DNA of 64,000 bases, from contig CAZCME010000004.1 in assembly GCA_964499705.1 (NCBI GenBank), forward strand, positions 186,001 to 250,000, given 5' to 3'. Every line of letters starts with the position of its first letter. Positions within the stretch are counted from its first letter, which is position 1. The translations under genes were made by a program, and so were the position numbers. The notes under the pieces are model-generated. The model did no database searches. It saw only the letters and a list, made by a program, of their open reading frames with translations, and had not been told where the DNA came from. Of the stretch, positions 48,711 through 60,967 are shown one piece after another. This DNA is from an uncultured bacterium (lineage in GTDB: Bacteria; UBA8481).

Positions 48711-49258
48711 TTGCCTGCCGCCTTTCCGGCCTTGCGACGGATCTTCTCGCCCTCATACCGCATGCCCTTGCCCTTGTAAGGCTCCGGCGGACGATACCGG
48801 CGCAGTTCCGCGCAGACCTGGCCGACCGCTTCGATGTCGGCGCCGGAAACGATGAGCTTCGTCGGCTCCGGCGTCTCCACCGTGACTCCCTCGCGAAGAG
48901 GATGATCGATCTGGTGCGAGAACCCGAGCGACATCTGCACGGACTTCTTGCCGCCCTGGGCGCGGTATCCGACGCCTTCGAGGATCATGGTCTTCTGGAA
49001 TCCGACGGTGACTCCCTTGATCATGTTCGCGATATGGGACCGCATCGTCGCGTACGAGATCGCCGACTGCTTCGACATGTCCGCGCGCTCGACGTGGATG
49101 TTCAGCTCCCCGTCGGTCGTCGCCTGCTTCACGCGAACGGCGTCCGGAATGGGGCGATGGAGCGTTCCCTTCGGCCCCTTGACCGTGACCTTCCGGGGAT
49201 CGAGCGTGACGGTCACGCCCTTCGGAACGGGAACGGGTTTCTTGCCAACTTTCGACAT
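48707..49258 (-). CDS. rplF: 50S ribosomal protein L6
   Basis: GVGYRA, RPPEPYKGKG. Confidence 0.97.
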   Translation of the reverse strand: MSKVGKKPVPVPKGVTVTLDPRKVTVKGPKGTLHRPIPDAVRVKQATTDGELNIHVERADMSKQSAISYATMRSHIANMIKGVTVGFQKTMILEGVGYRAQGGKKSVQMSLGFSHQIDHPLREGVTVETPEPTKLIVSGADIEAVGQVCAELRRYRPPEPYKGKGMRYEGEKIRRKAGKAAGK

Positions 49259-49259
49259 C

Positions 49260-49658
49260 TCAATAGACCTCGCAGATAATTTCGCCGCCGAGCTTCGACT
49301 TCCGCGCCTGACGGTCCGTGATGAGACCCTGGGACGTGGAGACGATCGAAATGCCCATGCCGCCGAGAACCGGCTTCACGTCGTCCGCGGCGAGATAGAC
49401 GCGACGGGAAGGCTTGGAGACGCGGCGAATCGACGAGAAGACCGGGTTGCGGTGATTGTCGTACTTCAGCGTCACCTTGATCGACTTCTGCGGCTTCTCT
49501 TTCGTGACCTTCACGTTGGCGACATAGCCCTCGTCGCGCAGGAGCTCGCACAGCTTCAGAAGAAGGTTCGAGCCCTTCAGCTCGATGGCGGGCTGCTTCG
49601 CCTTGGAGGCGTTCCGGATAAGCGTCAGGCAATCGCCTATGACATCATGGATGGCCAT
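49260..49658 (-). CDS. rpsH: 30S ribosomal protein S8
   Basis: LTLIRNA, RVSKPSRRVY, GGEII. Confidence 0.96.
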   Translation of the reverse strand: MAIHDVIGDCLTLIRNASKAKQPAIELKGSNLLLKLCELLRDEGYVANVKVTKEKPQKSIKVTLKYDNHRNPVFSSIRRVSKPSRRVYLAADDVKPVLGGMGISIVSTSQGLITDRQARKSKLGGEIICEVY

Positions 49659-49692
49659 CAGAGTTTCTCCCGATCATTTCGGTTCGAACGGA

Positions 49693-49878
49693 TCACCATG
49701 ACGCCTTCACCACGCCCGGGAGCTCGCCCTGGTGGGCGCGCAGACGGAAGCAAAGACGGCACATGTTGAACCGCCTGATGAAAGCCCGCGCGCGTCCGCA
49801 GAGCGGACAGCGGTTGTAGGCGCGCACCTTGAACTTCGGTTTCCGCGCCGCTTTCACCCTCATGCATGTCTTTGCCAT
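49693..49878 (-). CDS. rpsZ: 30S ribosomal protein S14 type Z (Zn-binding)
   Basis: 61 aa, [22 protein letters not shown]. Confidence 0.96.
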   Translation of the reverse strand: MAKTCMRVKAARKPKFKVRAYNRCPLCGRARAFIRRFNMCRLCFRLRAHQGELPGVVKASW

Positions 49879-49919
49879 TCTTTCCCGTTCCTACCTTTCT
49901 TATTTCTTCTACGGCCTTT

Positions 49920-50489
49920 TCAGGCTTGCTTCTTCCGGAACGGCATGCCCATCGCAGCCAGCAACTGGCGCGCATCGTCATCCGTTTTCGCGGTGGTGAC
50001 GATGGTGATGTCCATGCCCCGGACCTTGTCGATCATGTCAAAGTTGATCTCCGGAAAGATGATCTGCTCCTTGACGCCCATTGAGTAATTCCCTTTTCGG
50101 TCGAACCCGCTCGTCGGCACGCCGCGAAAATCGCGGACGCGCGGCAACACGACCGAAATGAATCGATCGAGAAACTCGTACATCCTCCGGCCCCGCAGCG
50201 TCACCTTCGCGCCGATGGCCAGGCCTTCGCGGAGCTTGAAGTTGGCTTCCGCCTTTTTCGCCCGCGTCACCTTCGGCTGCTGGCCGGTGATGGTGCGGAG
50301 CTCCTCGACGGCGCGATCCAGCGCTTTCGCGTCGGCCGTCGCCTCGCCGACGCCCATGTTCAGGACGATCTTCTCGATCTTCGGCACCGCCATGATCGAG
50401 GCAAGCCCCAGCTTCGTCTTCAGCTCGGGTCGCACCTTGGCGACGTAATGCTGCTCCAGGCGCGGCACGTCTTCTTTCACCGTGCTCAT
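49920..50489 (-). CDS. rplE: 50S ribosomal protein L5
   Basis: [22 protein letters not shown]. Confidence 0.98.
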   Translation of the reverse strand: MSTVKEDVPRLEQHYVAKVRPELKTKLGLASIMAVPKIEKIVLNMGVGEATADAKALDRAVEELRTITGQQPKVTRAKKAEANFKLREGLAIGAKVTLRGRRMYEFLDRFISVVLPRVRDFRGVPTSGFDRKGNYSMGVKEQIIFPEINFDMIDKVRGMDITIVTTAKTDDDARQLLAAMGMPFRKKQA

Positions 50490-50803
50490 GCTTCGACCGA
50501 CTTTCCGGAACCGCGGGCGACGCGGATCTTCCGGTCGCCCGACTTGTCGAAGCCGACGCGGGCCGGAGCCTTCGAGTCGGGATCGATCGCGGCGATGTTC
50601 GAGACGTGAATGGTCGCTTCCCGTTCCACGAAACCGCCGCCCGGATTCTGCTGGGACGGTCGCGTCGCGCGCTTGATGACATTGACACCTTCGACGATCG
50701 CCCGGCCAGAGGCCTTGTCGATCCGCAGGATCTTGCCGGAGGCGCCGCTGTGGTCGCCGGAAATAACGGTCACGGTCATGCCGCGTTTCAGCTTGGAGGC
50801 CAT
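50486..50803 (-). CDS. rplX: 50S ribosomal protein L24
   Basis: [13 protein letters not shown]; synteny. Confidence 0.95.
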   Translation of the reverse strand: MASKLKRGMTVTVISGDHSGASGKILRIDKASGRAIVEGVNVIKRATRPSQQNPGGGFVEREATIHVSNIAAIDPDSKAPARVGFDKSGDRKIRVARGSGKSVEA

Positions 50804-51171
50804 TACAGCACCTCCGGGGCGAGCGAGATGATCTTCATGTAGTTCCGGTCGCGCAGTTCGCGCGCGACGGGACCGAAAATGCGCGTGCCGCGGGGTTCAT
50901 TATCCTTGTTGATGATGACGACGGCGTTGTCGTCGAAGCGGATGTAGGAGCCGTCCGCGCGGCGCATCGGCCGTACGGTCCGGACGACGACCGCCTTCAC
51001 GACTTCACCCTTCTTGACCTGGCCGTCGGGGATCGCGTCCTTCACGGTCGCGACGACGACGTCGCCGACGCCGCTGTAGCGGCGTTCGGAACCGGCCAGG
51101 GTGCGGATCACGAGAACTTCCTTGGCGCCGGAATTGTCCGCGACGTTGAGGCGCGACTCGTTCTGGATCAT
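50803..51171 (-). CDS. rplN: 50S ribosomal protein L14
   Basis: [32 protein letters not shown] at 51171. Confidence 0.98.
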   Translation of the reverse strand: MIQNESRLNVADNSGAKEVLVIRTLAGSERRYSGVGDVVVATVKDAIPDGQVKKGEVVKAVVVRTVRPMRRADGSYIRFDDNAVVIINKDNEPRGTRIFGPVARELRDRNYMKIISLAPEVL

Positions 51172-51485
51172 GCTACGGCCCCTGAAGTCGCTTCGATTGC
51201 GCCCGTGCCGCGCGCCTTCTCGACGATCTCCACGAGACGCCAGCACTTCTTCTTCGACAGAGGACGGCACTCCGTGATCCTCACCTTGTCGCCGACTCCG
51301 GCCTTGTTCTCCTCGTCATGCGCCATGATGCGCTTCGTGCTCTTGACGTACTTCCGGTACAGCATGTCCGGCTTGGGCGTCACGATCTCGACGACGATCG
51401 ACTTGTTCATGCGGCTCGATTTCACCATGCCGATGAATTCCTTGCGCGCATTCTGTTTCTGCTCTGCTGCCGCTGCGGTGCTCAC
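51168..51485 (-). CDS. rpsQ: 30S ribosomal protein S17
   Basis: [15 protein letters not shown]. Confidence 0.96.
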   Translation of the reverse strand: MSTAAAAEQKQNARKEFIGMVKSSRMNKSIVVEIVTPKPDMLYRKYVKSTKRIMAHDEENKAGVGDKVRITECRPLSKKKCWRLVEIVEKARGTGAIEATSGAVA

Positions 51486-51700
51486 TTCGTCTTCTCCTTC
51501 GGCTTTTCCTGCAATACCGTCAATACGCGAGCGCGCTCGCGGCGCAACTGCGCGATGCGGTGCGGTTTTTCCAACCGCGCCACGGCGCGCTGAAACCGGA
51601 GATTCATCAGCTCCTGGCTCTTGTCATCCCGCATGATCTCCAGTTCCTTCCTGGTTTTCGCACGCAGGTCGGAGGTTTTTATCTGTTCCGCTTTCGCCAT
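51482..51700 (-). CDS. rpmC: 50S ribosomal protein L29
   Basis: [17 protein letters not shown]. Confidence 0.93.
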   Translation of the reverse strand: MAKAEQIKTSDLRAKTRKELEIMRDDKSQELMNLRFQRAVARLEKPHRIAQLRRERARVLTVLQEKPKEKTK

Positions 51701-51702
51701 GA

Positions 51703-52113
51703 CTACGCCTCTCGCTCCAAAATCTTCGTCTTCAGGGGCAGCTTGTCCCGGGCCAGCTCCAGCGCCTGGGTCGCCAGCACCTTATCGACGCCGCCGATCT
51801 CAAAGAGAACGCGGCCGGGCTTGACGACAGCCACCCAGCCCTCCGGATTACCCTTGCCCTTGCCCATCCGCGTTTCCGCGGGTTTCTTCGTGTACGGCTT
51901 GTCCGGAAAGATCCTGATCCAGACAACGCCGCCCCTTTTGATCTGCCGCGTCATCGCGATGCGCGCCGCCTCGATCTGCCGGCTCGTGACCCACGCCGGC
52001 TCCAGGGCCTGGATGCCGTAGTCGCCGAACGCGATCGATACGGCCCGCGTCTCGACGCCCTTCCGGCGCCCGCGATGGGTCTTCCTGTGCTTGACCCGCT
52101 TCGGCATCAACAT
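51703..52113 (-). CDS. rplP: 50S ribosomal protein L16
   Basis: [23 protein letters not shown] at 52113. Confidence 0.98.
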   Translation of the reverse strand: MLMPKRVKHRKTHRGRRKGVETRAVSIAFGDYGIQALEPAWVTSRQIEAARIAMTRQIKRGGVVWIRIFPDKPYTKKPAETRMGKGKGNPEGWVAVVKPGRVLFEIGGVDKVLATQALELARDKLPLKTKILEREA

Positions 52114-52126
52114 GCGAATACACTCC

Positions 52127-52837
52127 TCACGGCTGCGTCTCCGCCAGCGGAACGATCTCCGTCTGCTTCGCCATTTCCCGGACGGATCCCGCGACAAGTT
52201 CCTTGCCTTCCGGCAGGATTTCCTTCGTGAAGATCCAGACCTTGACTCCGATGGCCCCGTACGACGTGAAGATATGGGCCAGACCGTAGTCGATGTCCGC
52301 GCGTAGCGTGTGCAGTGGAACGCGTCCCTCGCGGTACCATTCGGTCCGCGCGATTTCCGCGCCGCCAAGGCGTCCCGCGCACTGGATCTTGATCCCCTGG
52401 ACTCCGCCCCTCCGGGCATCCTGGACGGCCTTGCGCATCGCGCGGCGGAATGCGACGCGCTTCTGGAGCTGCGCTCCGACGGCCTCCGCGACCAACTGCG
52501 AATCCGTCGCCGCGTTCTTGATCTCGTGGATGTTGATGTCCACGAGCTTTGTCGTGATGTCCTGGATCTTCTTCCGCAGGTCGTTCACTTCCGCGCCCTT
52601 CCTGCCGATCACGATGCCGGGGCGCGCGCTGTGGATGTTAATGCGCACCCGCTGCGGCGTCCGCTCGATCTCCACCTTCGAGACCATCGCGTGCGAGAGA
52701 TATTGCTTCACGAACTTGCGGAGCTTCAGGTCCTCGTGGATGTACAACTGGTATTTGCCCTTCGGCGCAAACCACCTGCCCATCCAGGGACGGATGATTC
52801 CGAGCCTTAATCCATTCGGATGTATCTTCTGTCCCAT
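52127..52837 (-). CDS. rpsC: 30S ribosomal protein S3
   Basis: [27 protein letters not shown]. Confidence 0.98.
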   Translation of the reverse strand: MGQKIHPNGLRLGIIRPWMGRWFAPKGKYQLYIHEDLKLRKFVKQYLSHAMVSKVEIERTPQRVRINIHSARPGIVIGRKGAEVNDLRKKIQDITTKLVDINIHEIKNAATDSQLVAEAVGAQLQKRVAFRRAMRKAVQDARRGGVQGIKIQCAGRLGGAEIARTEWYREGRVPLHTLRADIDYGLAHIFTSYGAIGVKVWIFTKEILPEGKELVAGSVREMAKQTEIVPLAETQP

Positions 52838-53209
52838 TTACTCTTTTCCTTTCGTCGCGGACTTCTCCGCAAGCGTCACGCGCACATGCGTCGTGCGGCG
52901 GCGGATGCGTCCCGCGCGGCCCATCGACATCGGTCGAAACCTCTTCATCATCGGTCCGCCATCCACCAGCAGTTCCGTAACGACAAAGCGGTCCGGGTTG
53001 ATCCGGAGATTCTTCTGCTTGTCCATCTCGATTGCGTTCGCGCGCGCCGATTTGATGACCTTCAGAAGAAGCTCCGCGCCGGCCTTCTTGGTGCCGGCGA
53101 GAATATCGAGCGCCACGAGCACATTCTTGCCCTTGATGAGATCTCCGACCATCCGCACGCGGCGCGGGGAGATGCGCTGAAACCGGGCAGTCGCTGAAAA
53201 GTCCGTCAC
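52838..53209 (-). CDS. rplV: 50S ribosomal protein L22
   Basis: ISPRRVR, KSARANA, KRFRP..GRA. Confidence 0.95.
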   Translation of the reverse strand: MTDFSATARFQRISPRRVRMVGDLIKGKNVLVALDILAGTKKAGAELLLKVIKSARANAIEMDKQKNLRINPDRFVVTELLVDGGPMMKRFRPMSMGRAGRIRRRTTHVRVTLAEKSATKGKE

Positions 53210-53520
53210 TTCGGCGGCCCTCCCACTCCGGGCTTCACGCCCGTCTTCTTGTCGCCCTTGTCCGCCTTGCCGCCGTGCGCCTTGAACAAGCGCGTCGGGG
53301 CGAACTCGCCGAGCTTGTGGCCGACCATGTTCTCCGTCACGTAGACGCTCTGGAATTTCCTCCCGTTGTGAACGCCGAACGTCTGTCCGACGAACTCAGG
53401 CGGGATGGTGGAACGGCGCGCCCATGTCTTGATGATCATCTTCTTTGCCGGATCCATCGCATCGACCTTCTTGGCAAGGTTCGAATCGATGAACGGCCCT
53501 TTTTTGACAGAACGTCCCAC
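53206..53520 (-). CDS. rpsS: 30S ribosomal protein S19
   Basis: [18 protein letters not shown]. Confidence 0.98.
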   Translation of the reverse strand: MGRSVKKGPFIDSNLAKKVDAMDPAKKMIIKTWARRSTIPPEFVGQTFGVHNGRKFQSVYVTENMVGHKLGEFAPTRLFKAHGGKADKGDKKTGVKPGVGGPPK

Positions 53521-53522
53521 GT

Positions 53523-54350
53523 CTACTTCCTCCGCTTCACGATGTAACGGCTGGAAGCTTTCCGCTTCTGCCGCGTCTTATATCCCTTGGAAGGCATGCC
53601 CCAGGGGGAAACCGGGTGAGGATTGCCCTGCGGAGACTTGCCTTCGCCGCCGCCATGCGGATGGTCGACCGGATTCATCACGACGCCGCGAACATTCGGA
53701 CGAATGCCGAGCCATCGAGAACGACCCGCCTTGCCGATCGAAAGATTCTCATGCTCCTCGTTGCCGACGGCGCCTATCGTGGCGCGGCAGACATCATGAA
53801 TCTTCCTCAGTTCGCCCGAGGGAAGCCGGAGCGTTGCGAATCCCGCCTCGCGGGCCGCGATCTGAGCCGACGTTCCGGCCGCGCGCGCGAGCGCTGCTCC
53901 GCGACCGCGAACCAGCTCGACATTATGGACGACCGTGCCGATCGGGATCATGGAGAGCGGAATACTGTTGCCGGTGCGAATCGGGGCGGTCGGTCCCGAC
54001 TGGACCGCGTCGCCGACATTCAATTCCTTCGGAGCGACGATATAGCGTCTCTCGCCGTCGGCGTAAAGAACCAGCGCGATCCGGGCCGAGCGATTCGGAT
54101 CGTATTCGATATGCTCCACGCGGCCGGGTATCCCGTCCTTGTCGCGGAGAAAATCGATCTCGCGGTAAAGCCTCTTGTGGCCGCCGCCGATCCGGCGCAT
54201 CGTCACGCACCCCTGGTTGTTCCGGCCGCCCGCCCGCTTCTTGCCCTTCGTCAGCGACTTTTCGGGACGCTTGTCGGAGAGCCCGGAGAAATCCTCCACG
54301 CTCATCTGGCGCCGGCTCGGTGTCGTCGGCTTGAATGTCTTCAATGGCAT
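53523..54350 (-). CDS. rplB: 50S ribosomal protein L2
   Basis: [25 protein letters not shown] at 54350. Confidence 0.98.
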   Translation of the reverse strand: MPLKTFKPTTPSRRQMSVEDFSGLSDKRPEKSLTKGKKRAGGRNNQGCVTMRRIGGGHKRLYREIDFLRDKDGIPGRVEHIEYDPNRSARIALVLYADGERRYIVAPKELNVGDAVQSGPTAPIRTGNSIPLSMIPIGTVVHNVELVRGRGAALARAAGTSAQIAAREAGFATLRLPSGELRKIHDVCRATIGAVGNEEHENLSIGKAGRSRWLGIRPNVRGVVMNPVDHPHGGGEGKSPQGNPHPVSPWGMPSKGYKTRQKRKASSRYIVKRRK

Positions 54351-54372
54351 CGCGCTATCCTCATTTGTGGCC

Positions 54373-54690
54373 TCAAATTCCGTCGAAGAAGGAGATCTTC
54401 TGGTCAGGCGCAAGGCGAACCATCGCGCGTTTCGTATCGGTCTTGTATCCGCCCACGATCCTGCGGCGGCGGAACTTGCCCTTGCGGTTCAGGGTCCGCA
54501 CGTCGGCGACATGCACGGAAAACGCCTTTTCAACAGCGGCCTTCACATCGGCTTTCGTCGCCGTCGGCGCCACTTCGAACGTGTAGACGCGGCCCTTCGG
54601 GTTTTCAGCCCATCCCTGGCGGGCGCGTTCGGTGTTGACGGGAGCGCGGATGATGTCGAACGCGGCCTGAGGCGTCGGAGATTTCTTCAT
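54373..54690 (-). CDS. rplW: 50S ribosomal protein L23
   Basis: YTFEV..ATK..VK.AVE..F, KRAMV. Confidence 0.93.
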   Translation of the reverse strand: MKKSPTPQAAFDIIRAPVNTERARQGWAENPKGRVYTFEVAPTATKADVKAAVEKAFSVHVADVRTLNRKGKFRRRRIVGGYKTDTKRAMVRLAPDQKISFFDGI

Positions 54691-55313
54691 TTCTGTTCAC
54701 CTGCCATCGCCGTGATGGCGCCCTGAGTGAAGATCACGAAGTCCGAGAGCATGATCGAGCGGGTGGAAATATTCTCGACGTTGGAGTGTTTCGCGTTCCG
54801 GATATTCCGGACCGACTTCGCGAGCGCCTCTTCCGCGGGCGTGTGAACGAAGAGCGGTTTCGCTACGCCTTCGAACGCTTTAAGGAACTTCGCGATCGAA
54901 GCCGTCTTCGGAGCGGACAAGCCCTTCGGCTCGAGACCAATCATGCGCTCCTCGGAAAAACGGGCCGAGAGAGCGCCGGCCAGGGCCAGCTTCTTTGTCT
55001 TCTTGTTGATCTTCATTTCGTAGTCGCGCGGATGCGGGCCGAACACGACGCCGCCGTGCCGCCAGATTGGGGACCGCGTGGAACCATGCCGCGCGCGGCC
55101 CGTTCCCTTCTGCTTCCAAGGCTTCTTGCCGCCGCCGGAAACATCGCCGCGGGTCTTGGTGCTGTGCGTGCCCTGGCGCTTCGCCGCTTCTTCCGCCCGG
55201 ACAACGTCATGAATGACGCTTGTCCTGACGGCCGCGCCCACGAGTTCATCGGGCAGTTCCGCCTTGCCGACCAGCGCTCCTTCGAGCGAATACACGTTGA
55301 TGCTCTTCATCAC
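54687..55313 (-). CDS. rplD: 50S ribosomal protein L4
   Basis: RQGTH.TKTR, KPWKQKGTGRAR. Confidence 0.98.
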   Translation of the reverse strand: MMKSINVYSLEGALVGKAELPDELVGAAVRTSVIHDVVRAEEAAKRQGTHSTKTRGDVSGGGKKPWKQKGTGRARHGSTRSPIWRHGGVVFGPHPRDYEMKINKKTKKLALAGALSARFSEERMIGLEPKGLSAPKTASIAKFLKAFEGVAKPLFVHTPAEEALAKSVRNIRNAKHSNVENISTRSIMLSDFVIFTQGAITAMAGEQK

Positions 55314-55969
55314 TTCGCGCTCCTCGGCACGCCGCTCGCTACCGCGACAATCCGCTTCCTGATGACGGTGACAAAGGAACCCTTCGGACCGGGCACAGCG
55401 CCGCGGATCAGGAGAATATTCTTATCGCCGTCGACGCGCTCGATGTTCAGGTTCTGGATCGTCACGCGCTTGCCGCCCATCCGGCCGGGCATCCGCATCC
55501 CGCGGAAAACGCGCGACGGATCGGCCGACGAGCCGATGGAGCCGGGGCGACGGTGGAAATTGGAACCGTGGGTGTCCGCGCCGCCGGCGAAATTATGGCG
55601 GCGAACGACTCCCTGGAATCCCTTGCCCTTGGAGACGCCGATCACGTCGACGGTCTCGCCGGGCGCGAAGATCGACGCGCGGATCTCGTCGCCGATCTTG
55701 TAGGCGTCGACTTCTTCCGTGCGGACTTCCTTGATGATCCGGTGCGGCTTCGTGCCTTCCGTGAACTGGCCCTTGTATGGCTTCGTCGCATGCTTGTCCT
55801 TCATCTCGCCGAAGCCGAGGTTCACGGCATTGTAGCCGTCGCGAGCCATGGAACGCTTGCCCACGACGACGCACGGGCCCGCTTCGATCATGGTCACAGG
55901 TACAACCTTGCCTTCGGAGTTGTACACCTGCGTCATGCCGACCTTGCGGCCTATGATTTCATCTAACAT
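55310..55969 (-). CDS. rplC: 50S ribosomal protein L3
   Basis: [22 protein letters not shown]. Confidence 0.98.
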   Translation of the reverse strand: MLDEIIGRKVGMTQVYNSEGKVVPVTMIEAGPCVVVGKRSMARDGYNAVNLGFGEMKDKHATKPYKGQFTEGTKPHRIIKEVRTEEVDAYKIGDEIRASIFAPGETVDVIGVSKGKGFQGVVRRHNFAGGADTHGSNFHRRPGSIGSSADPSRVFRGMRMPGRMGGKRVTIQNLNIERVDGDKNILLIRGAVPGPKGSFVTVIRKRIVAVASGVPRSAK

Positions 55970-56013
55970 ATCGGTCCTTCCACTCGCGTGTGTTCCAGTT
56001 ACGCCTGTCTCAA

Positions 56014-56322
56014 TCAGAGTTTTATCTCAACATCCACGCCGGCCGGCAGGTCGAGCTTCATCAGCGCGTTCACCGTCTCGGCCGTCGGCTCGATGACATC
56101 CATAAGCCGCTTGTGCGTGCGAATTTCAAATTGTTCCCGCGACTTCTTGTCGACGTGCGGGGAGCGGTTCACGGTGAATCGCTCGATCCGTGTCGGAAGC
56201 GGGATCGGTCCCACGACCTTGGCGCCCGTACGGCGGGCCGCCTGGACGATGGAGCCGGACGATTCGTCCAGGAGCTTCACGTCGTAGGCGCGGAGACGAA
56301 TCCTTATCTTGTTCGCTGCCAT
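56014..56322 (-). CDS. rpsJ: 30S ribosomal protein S10
   Basis: [21 protein letters not shown]. Confidence 0.98.
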   Translation of the reverse strand: MAANKIRIRLRAYDVKLLDESSGSIVQAARRTGAKVVGPIPLPTRIERFTVNRSPHVDKKSREQFEIRTHKRLMDVIEPTAETVNALMKLDLPAGVDVEIKL

Positions 56323-56358
56323 ATCCTGTCTTTCTCGCTTCCTCTCGGATTTTCCGGG

Positions 56359-57549
56359 TTATTCCAGAATCTTTGTGACAACGCCGGCGCCGACGGTGCG
56401 GCCGCCTTCGCGGATGGCGAAACGGAGCGACTCTTCCATCGCGATCGGCGTTATGAGTTCCACTACAATCTTCGTGTTGTCGCCCGGCATGATCATCTCC
56501 ACGCCCTCGCCCAACGCGATGGTACCCGTCACGTCGGTGGTGCGGAAGTAGAACTGCGGACGATACTCGTTGAAGAACGGTGTGTGACGGCCGCCCTCTT
56601 CCTTCGTCAGAACGTAGATCTCCGCCGTGAACTTCTTGTGCGGCGTGATCGTTCCGGGCTTTGCCAGAACCATGCCGCGCTCGATGTCCGTGCGCTCCAT
56701 GCCGCGAAGCAATGCTCCGACGTTGTCGCCGGCCTGGCCTTCGTCGAGGAGCTTCCTGAACATCTCGATGCCCGTGACCGTGGTCTTCCTGGTCTCGCGG
56801 AATCCGATGACTTCGACTTCTTCGCCGATCTTGACGATGCCGCGTTCGATGCGGCCCGTCGCGACCGTGCCGCGGCCGGTGATCGTGAAGACATCTTCGA
56901 CCGGCATCAGGAACGGCTTCTCGGTGTCGCGCTTCGGGAGCGGAATGTAGGCGTCCAGCGCGTCCATCAACTTGGCTATCGCCGGAGCTCCAATGTCGCT
57001 CTTGTCGCCTTCCAGAGCCTTCGTGGCGGATCCGCGGATGATCGGAATCTCGTCGCCGGGAAACTGGTATTTGGAGAGAAGCTCGCGGACTTCAAGCTCG
57101 ACGAGGTCGAGGAGCTCCGCGTCTTCCATCATGTCGCACTTGTTCAAAAAGACGACAATGTGCGGAACGCCGACCTGGCGGGCGAGGAGAATGTGCTCGC
57201 GCGTCTGCGGCATCGGGCCGTCGGCGGCGGAAACGACGAGGATCGCTCCGTCCATCTGCGCGGCGCCCGTGATCATGTTCTTCACGTAGTCCGCGTGGCC
57301 GGGGCAGTCGACGTGAGCATAGTGGCGCTTGTCCGTCTGGTACTCGACGTGAGCGGTCGCGATCGTGATGCCGCGCTCGCGCTCCTCGGGAGCCTTGTCG
57401 ATCTGGTCGTAGGCGGTGTACGTGGCGTAGTTCTTCTCCGCGAGCACCTTCGTGATGGCAGCCGTCAGAGACGTCTTGCCATGGTCGACGTGGCCGATTG
57501 TGCCGACGTTTACGTGCGGCTTGGAGCGGTCAAACTTTTCCTTGGACAT
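56359..57549 (-). CDS. tuf: Elongation factor Tu
   Basis: [23 protein letters not shown]. Confidence 0.99.
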   Translation of the reverse strand: MSKEKFDRSKPHVNVGTIGHVDHGKTSLTAAITKVLAEKNYATYTAYDQIDKAPEERERGITIATAHVEYQTDKRHYAHVDCPGHADYVKNMITGAAQMDGAILVVSAADGPMPQTREHILLARQVGVPHIVVFLNKCDMMEDAELLDLVELEVRELLSKYQFPGDEIPIIRGSATKALEGDKSDIGAPAIAKLMDALDAYIPLPKRDTEKPFLMPVEDVFTITGRGTVATGRIERGIVKIGEEVEVIGFRETRKTTVTGIEMFRKLLDEGQAGDNVGALLRGMERTDIERGMVLAKPGTITPHKKFTAEIYVLTKEEGGRHTPFFNEYRPQFYFRTTDVTGTIALGEGVEMIMPGDNTKIVVELITPIAMEESLRFAIREGGRTVGAGVVTKILE

Positions 57550-57590
57550 TTATGCGTTCCTCCCGTCATTCGAGAATTCCTTAATCATTT

Positions 57591-59708
57591 TCATACTTTC
57601 ACTTTTGCGATGATTTCTTCCGCGATCTGCGCCGGAACCGGCGCGTAGTGCGCGAATTCCATCGAGTAGGTCGCGCGGCCCTGCGAGAAAGACCGCAGAT
57701 CCGTGGCGTAGCCGAACATCTGCGCCAGCGGCACGAGCGACTTGATGACCCTCGCGCCCTTCCTGTCGTCCATCGATTCGATGCGGCCGCGGCGGGAATT
57801 GAGGTCGCCGATCGCGTCGCCCATGTACTGCTCGGGAACCACGACCTCGACATTCATCATGGGTTCCAGAAGCTGCGGCTTCGCGGCACGGCAGGCGTCC
57901 TTGAACGCCATCGATCCCGCGATCTTGAACGCGATTTCGGACGAGTCCACGTCGTGATATGAGCCGTCGGTCAATGTGACGGAGATGTCGACGACGGGGT
58001 AGCCCGCCATCACGCCGGAATCGAGCGCCTCGCGGACGCCTTTTTCGACGGCCGGAATGAACTCGCGCGGAATCGCGCCGCCGACGACCTTGTTCACGAA
58101 CTCGAAGCCCGCTCCGCGTTCGCGCGGCCCGACCGTCAGATACACATGGCCATACTGGCCTCGGCCGCCGGTCTGCTTGATGTATTTGCCCTCGGCGTCC
58201 GCCGACAATGTGATGCTCTCGCGGTAGGCGACCTGGGGCTTGCCGACATTGGCTTCGACCTTGAATTCGCGGAACATGCGGTCGACGATGATTTCGAGAT
58301 GGAGCTCGCCCATTCCGGAGATAATCGTCTGGCCCGTTTCGATGTCGGACTTCATCCGGAATGTCGGATCTTCGTCGCCCAGCTTCTGCAGAGCGATCGA
58401 CATCTTCTCCTGGTCGGCCGTCGTCTTCGGCTCGATGGCGACGGAGATGACGGGCTCGGGGAACTTGATCTGCTCGAGAACGATCGGATCGTCCTCGTCG
58501 CAGAGGGTGTCGCCGGTCCGTGACGTCTTCAACCCGACGGCCGCTGCGATATCGCCCGCGGAGACGCGGTTGATTTCTTCGCGCTTATTGGCATGCATTC
58601 TGAGGAGCCGGCCGACGCGCTCTTTCTTGTTCTTCGTGGAATTGTAGACGTAGGAGCCGTTCTCGAGAAAACCGGAGTAGACGCGGAAGAACGTGAGCGT
58701 TCCGACGAACGGGTCGGTCGCGATCTTGAACGCCAGGGCGGCGAACTTGTCATTCTCGTCGGCCTTCCGTTCGATGACGGTATCCGTGCCGGGCTTGATG
58801 CCCTTCACGGGAGGAAGCTCGAAGGGAGAAGGAAGATAGCGCATCACGGCATCGAGAAGAGGCTGGACGCCGCGGTTTTTAAAGGCGGAACCGCAGAGGA
58901 CCGGCACCAGATCGCCGGCGATGGTTCCTTTCCGGATCGCGCGGTCGATCATCACGCGGTCGATCGGCTTTTCTTCGAGATACGCTTCCATCAGCTCGTC
59001 GTCGAATTCGGCGATCGCTTCGAGCATCTGCTTACGCCCTTCGGTGGCCGCGGACTGGAGCTCGGCGGGTATATCGACGATGTCGAACTTCGCGCCCAGT
59101 TCCTCGCCCTGCCAGATGAGCGCCTTCATGATGATGAGATCGACGACGCCCTTGTGATTTTCCTCGAGGCCGATCGGGAGAGTGATGACCGCGACCTTGG
59201 CGCCGAGGCGATCCTTGATCATGAAAACGCAGCGATCGAAATCCGCGCCCATGCGATCCATCTTGTTGCAGAAGCAGATGCGCGGAACGTTGTACTTGTC
59301 CGCCAGGCGCCAGTTCGTCTCCGTCTGCGGCTCGACTCCGGCAACGCCGTCGAAGACGACAACCGCTCCGTCGAGAACGCGAAGGGACCGCTCGACCTCG
59401 ACCGTGAAGTCGACGTGGCCGGGCGTGTCGATGATGTTGATGCGGTGAATGTCGGCGTTGGAGAGATCACCGTTATGGGCCGTGATCGACCAGAAGCAGG
59501 TGGTGGCGGCAGCCGTAATGGTGATGCCGCGCTCCTTCTCCTGTTCCATCCAGTCCATCTCGGTGTTGCCCGTGTGGACTTCGCCGATCTTGTACGTCTT
59601 GCCCGTGTAATAGAGGATGCGCTCCGTCAGCGTCGTCTTCCCCGCGTCAATATGCGCGGCGATTCCGATGTTGCGGGTTCGGGAGAGCGGAATGCTCGGA
59701 GCGGCCAT
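57591..59708 (-). CDS. fusA: Elongation factor G
   Basis: [24 protein letters not shown]. Confidence 0.99.
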   Translation of the reverse strand: MAAPSIPLSRTRNIGIAAHIDAGKTTLTERILYYTGKTYKIGEVHTGNTEMDWMEQEKERGITITAAATTCFWSITAHNGDLSNADIHRINIIDTPGHVDFTVEVERSLRVLDGAVVVFDGVAGVEPQTETNWRLADKYNVPRICFCNKMDRMGADFDRCVFMIKDRLGAKVAVITLPIGLEENHKGVVDLIIMKALIWQGEELGAKFDIVDIPAELQSAATEGRKQMLEAIAEFDDELMEAYLEEKPIDRVMIDRAIRKGTIAGDLVPVLCGSAFKNRGVQPLLDAVMRYLPSPFELPPVKGIKPGTDTVIERKADENDKFAALAFKIATDPFVGTLTFFRVYSGFLENGSYVYNSTKNKKERVGRLLRMHANKREEINRVSAGDIAAAVGLKTSRTGDTLCDEDDPIVLEQIKFPEPVISVAIEPKTTADQEKMSIALQKLGDEDPTFRMKSDIETGQTIISGMGELHLEIIVDRMFREFKVEANVGKPQVAYRESITLSADAEGKYIKQTGGRGQYGHVYLTVGPRERGAGFEFVNKVVGGAIPREFIPAVEKGVREALDSGVMAGYPVVDISVTLTDGSYHDVDSSEIAFKIAGSMAFKDACRAAKPQLLEPMMNVEVVVPEQYMGDAIGDLNSRRGRIESMDDRKGARVIKSLVPLAQMFGYATDLRSFSQGRATYSMEFAHYAPVPAQIAEEIIAKVKV

Positions 59709-59714
59709 CTCAGA

Positions 59715-60185
59715 TCACCACTTATAGTGCGCGAAGGCCTTGTTGGCCTCGGCCATCTTATGGGTGTCTTCCTTCTTCTTGAAGGCGCCTCCCTGGTTGT
59801 TGGAAGCATCGATGATCTCGTCGGCGAGGCGGGAGGAAAACGCCTTTCCCTTGCGGGAGCGGGCGTAGCCGACGATCCAGCGCGTCGCGAGCGTCGTGCG
59901 ACGCTCCGGACGGACCTCGATCGGAACCTGGTCGTGCGCGCCGCCGACGCGGCGCGACTTCGTCTCGACGAGCGGCTTGACGTTTTCGATGGCGGAGCGG
60001 AAGACGGCGAGAGGAGCCTGCGGGACGCGCTTGGAGATCTCCTCCATCGCTCCGTAGAACTGCCGGGCCGCCGTGGATTTCTTACCCGCGGTCATCATGG
60101 CGTTGACGAACTTGGAAACAAGACGCGACTGGTAGATCGCATCCGGCAGGGCTTCGCGCTTTTTGGCGACTTTACGACGCGGCAT
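59715..60185 (-). CDS. rpsG: 30S ribosomal protein S7
   Basis: MPRR, SRRVGG, HKMAEANKAFAHY. Confidence 0.98.
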   Translation of the reverse strand: MPRRKVAKKREALPDAIYQSRLVSKFVNAMMTAGKKSTAARQFYGAMEEISKRVPQAPLAVFRSAIENVKPLVETKSRRVGGAHDQVPIEVRPERRTTLATRWIVGYARSRKGKAFSSRLADEIIDASNNQGGAFKKKEDTHKMAEANKAFAHYKW

Positions 60186-60571
60186 TACTTCGCTCCCTCT
60201 TTTTTGGCGCGCTTGGCGCCGTACTTGGAGCGGCTCCGATTGCGCTTCTCAACGCCCGACGAATCGAGCGATCCGCGGACGATGTGATACTTCACTCCCG
60301 GCAGATCCTTGACGCGTCCGCCTCGAACGAGGACGACGGAGTGTTCCTGGAGATTGTGGCCGATGCCGGGAATATAGGCGGTGACCTCGATGCCGGATGT
60401 GAGGCGGACGCGGGCGACCTTGCGGAGAGCGGAATTGGGCTTCTTGGGCGTCACGGTGTAAACGCGCGTGCAGACTCCACGGCGCTGCGGACAGCCCTTG
60501 AGGGCCGGCGCATCCGATTTGAAATTCACTTTCGCCCGCCGCTGTTCGACGAGTTGATTGATTGTCGGCAA
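60185..60571 (-). CDS. rpsL: 30S ribosomal protein S12
   Basis: [28 protein letters not shown] start at 60571. Confidence 0.98.
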   Translation of the reverse strand: MPTINQLVEQRRAKVNFKSDAPALKGCPQRRGVCTRVYTVTPKKPNSALRKVARVRLTSGIEVTAYIPGIGHNLQEHSVVLVRGGRVKDLPGVKYHIVRGSLDSSGVEKRNRSRSKYGAKRAKKEGAK

Positions 60572-60806
60572 TGCCCGTTCCTTTCGCTTCTTCCAAAAAA
60601 AATACCAGTTCGTCGACCAGTCCCGGCCGGTCACGACAAAGCTCGGGCCGCGTCGCATATTCACTCACGACGCAGCCCGAGCCGGGCTGTCGAAACACGG
60701 CGAGGAAGACGTGCGTTATTCCATCCGAAAAAAAGAGGAAGAACGATTCTGTCGCATTCCTGGTTTGTGCTGTGCCGGAACAATCAGTTCCGAACAACGG
60801 CGAACG

Positions 60807-60834
60807 AGTATACCGAGAGAGGAAAAGATGTCAA
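60807..60834 (-). promoter_or_regulatory. Sigma70-type promoter of the rpsL operon
   Basis: TTGACA (60829-60834)-16 nt-TATACT (60807-60812) on the minus strand. Confidence 0.7.
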
Positions 60835-60967
60835 CGCCTTTTCAGATCATTTTTCCGAATTGTTTTTCACGGGATGGCCACAACTTATCCCCAATCTTAT
60901 CCATTCCATGGCGAGAGCGCCGTGTTTACACTCTAACGACCACTGAATCCTTCCAAACATTTTCAAA

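Noticed and set aside
60875-60905. DnaA-box-like TTATCCCCA and TTATCCATT as oriC
   Set aside because: One 1-mismatch and one 2-mismatch box only; no dnaA or other origin context.
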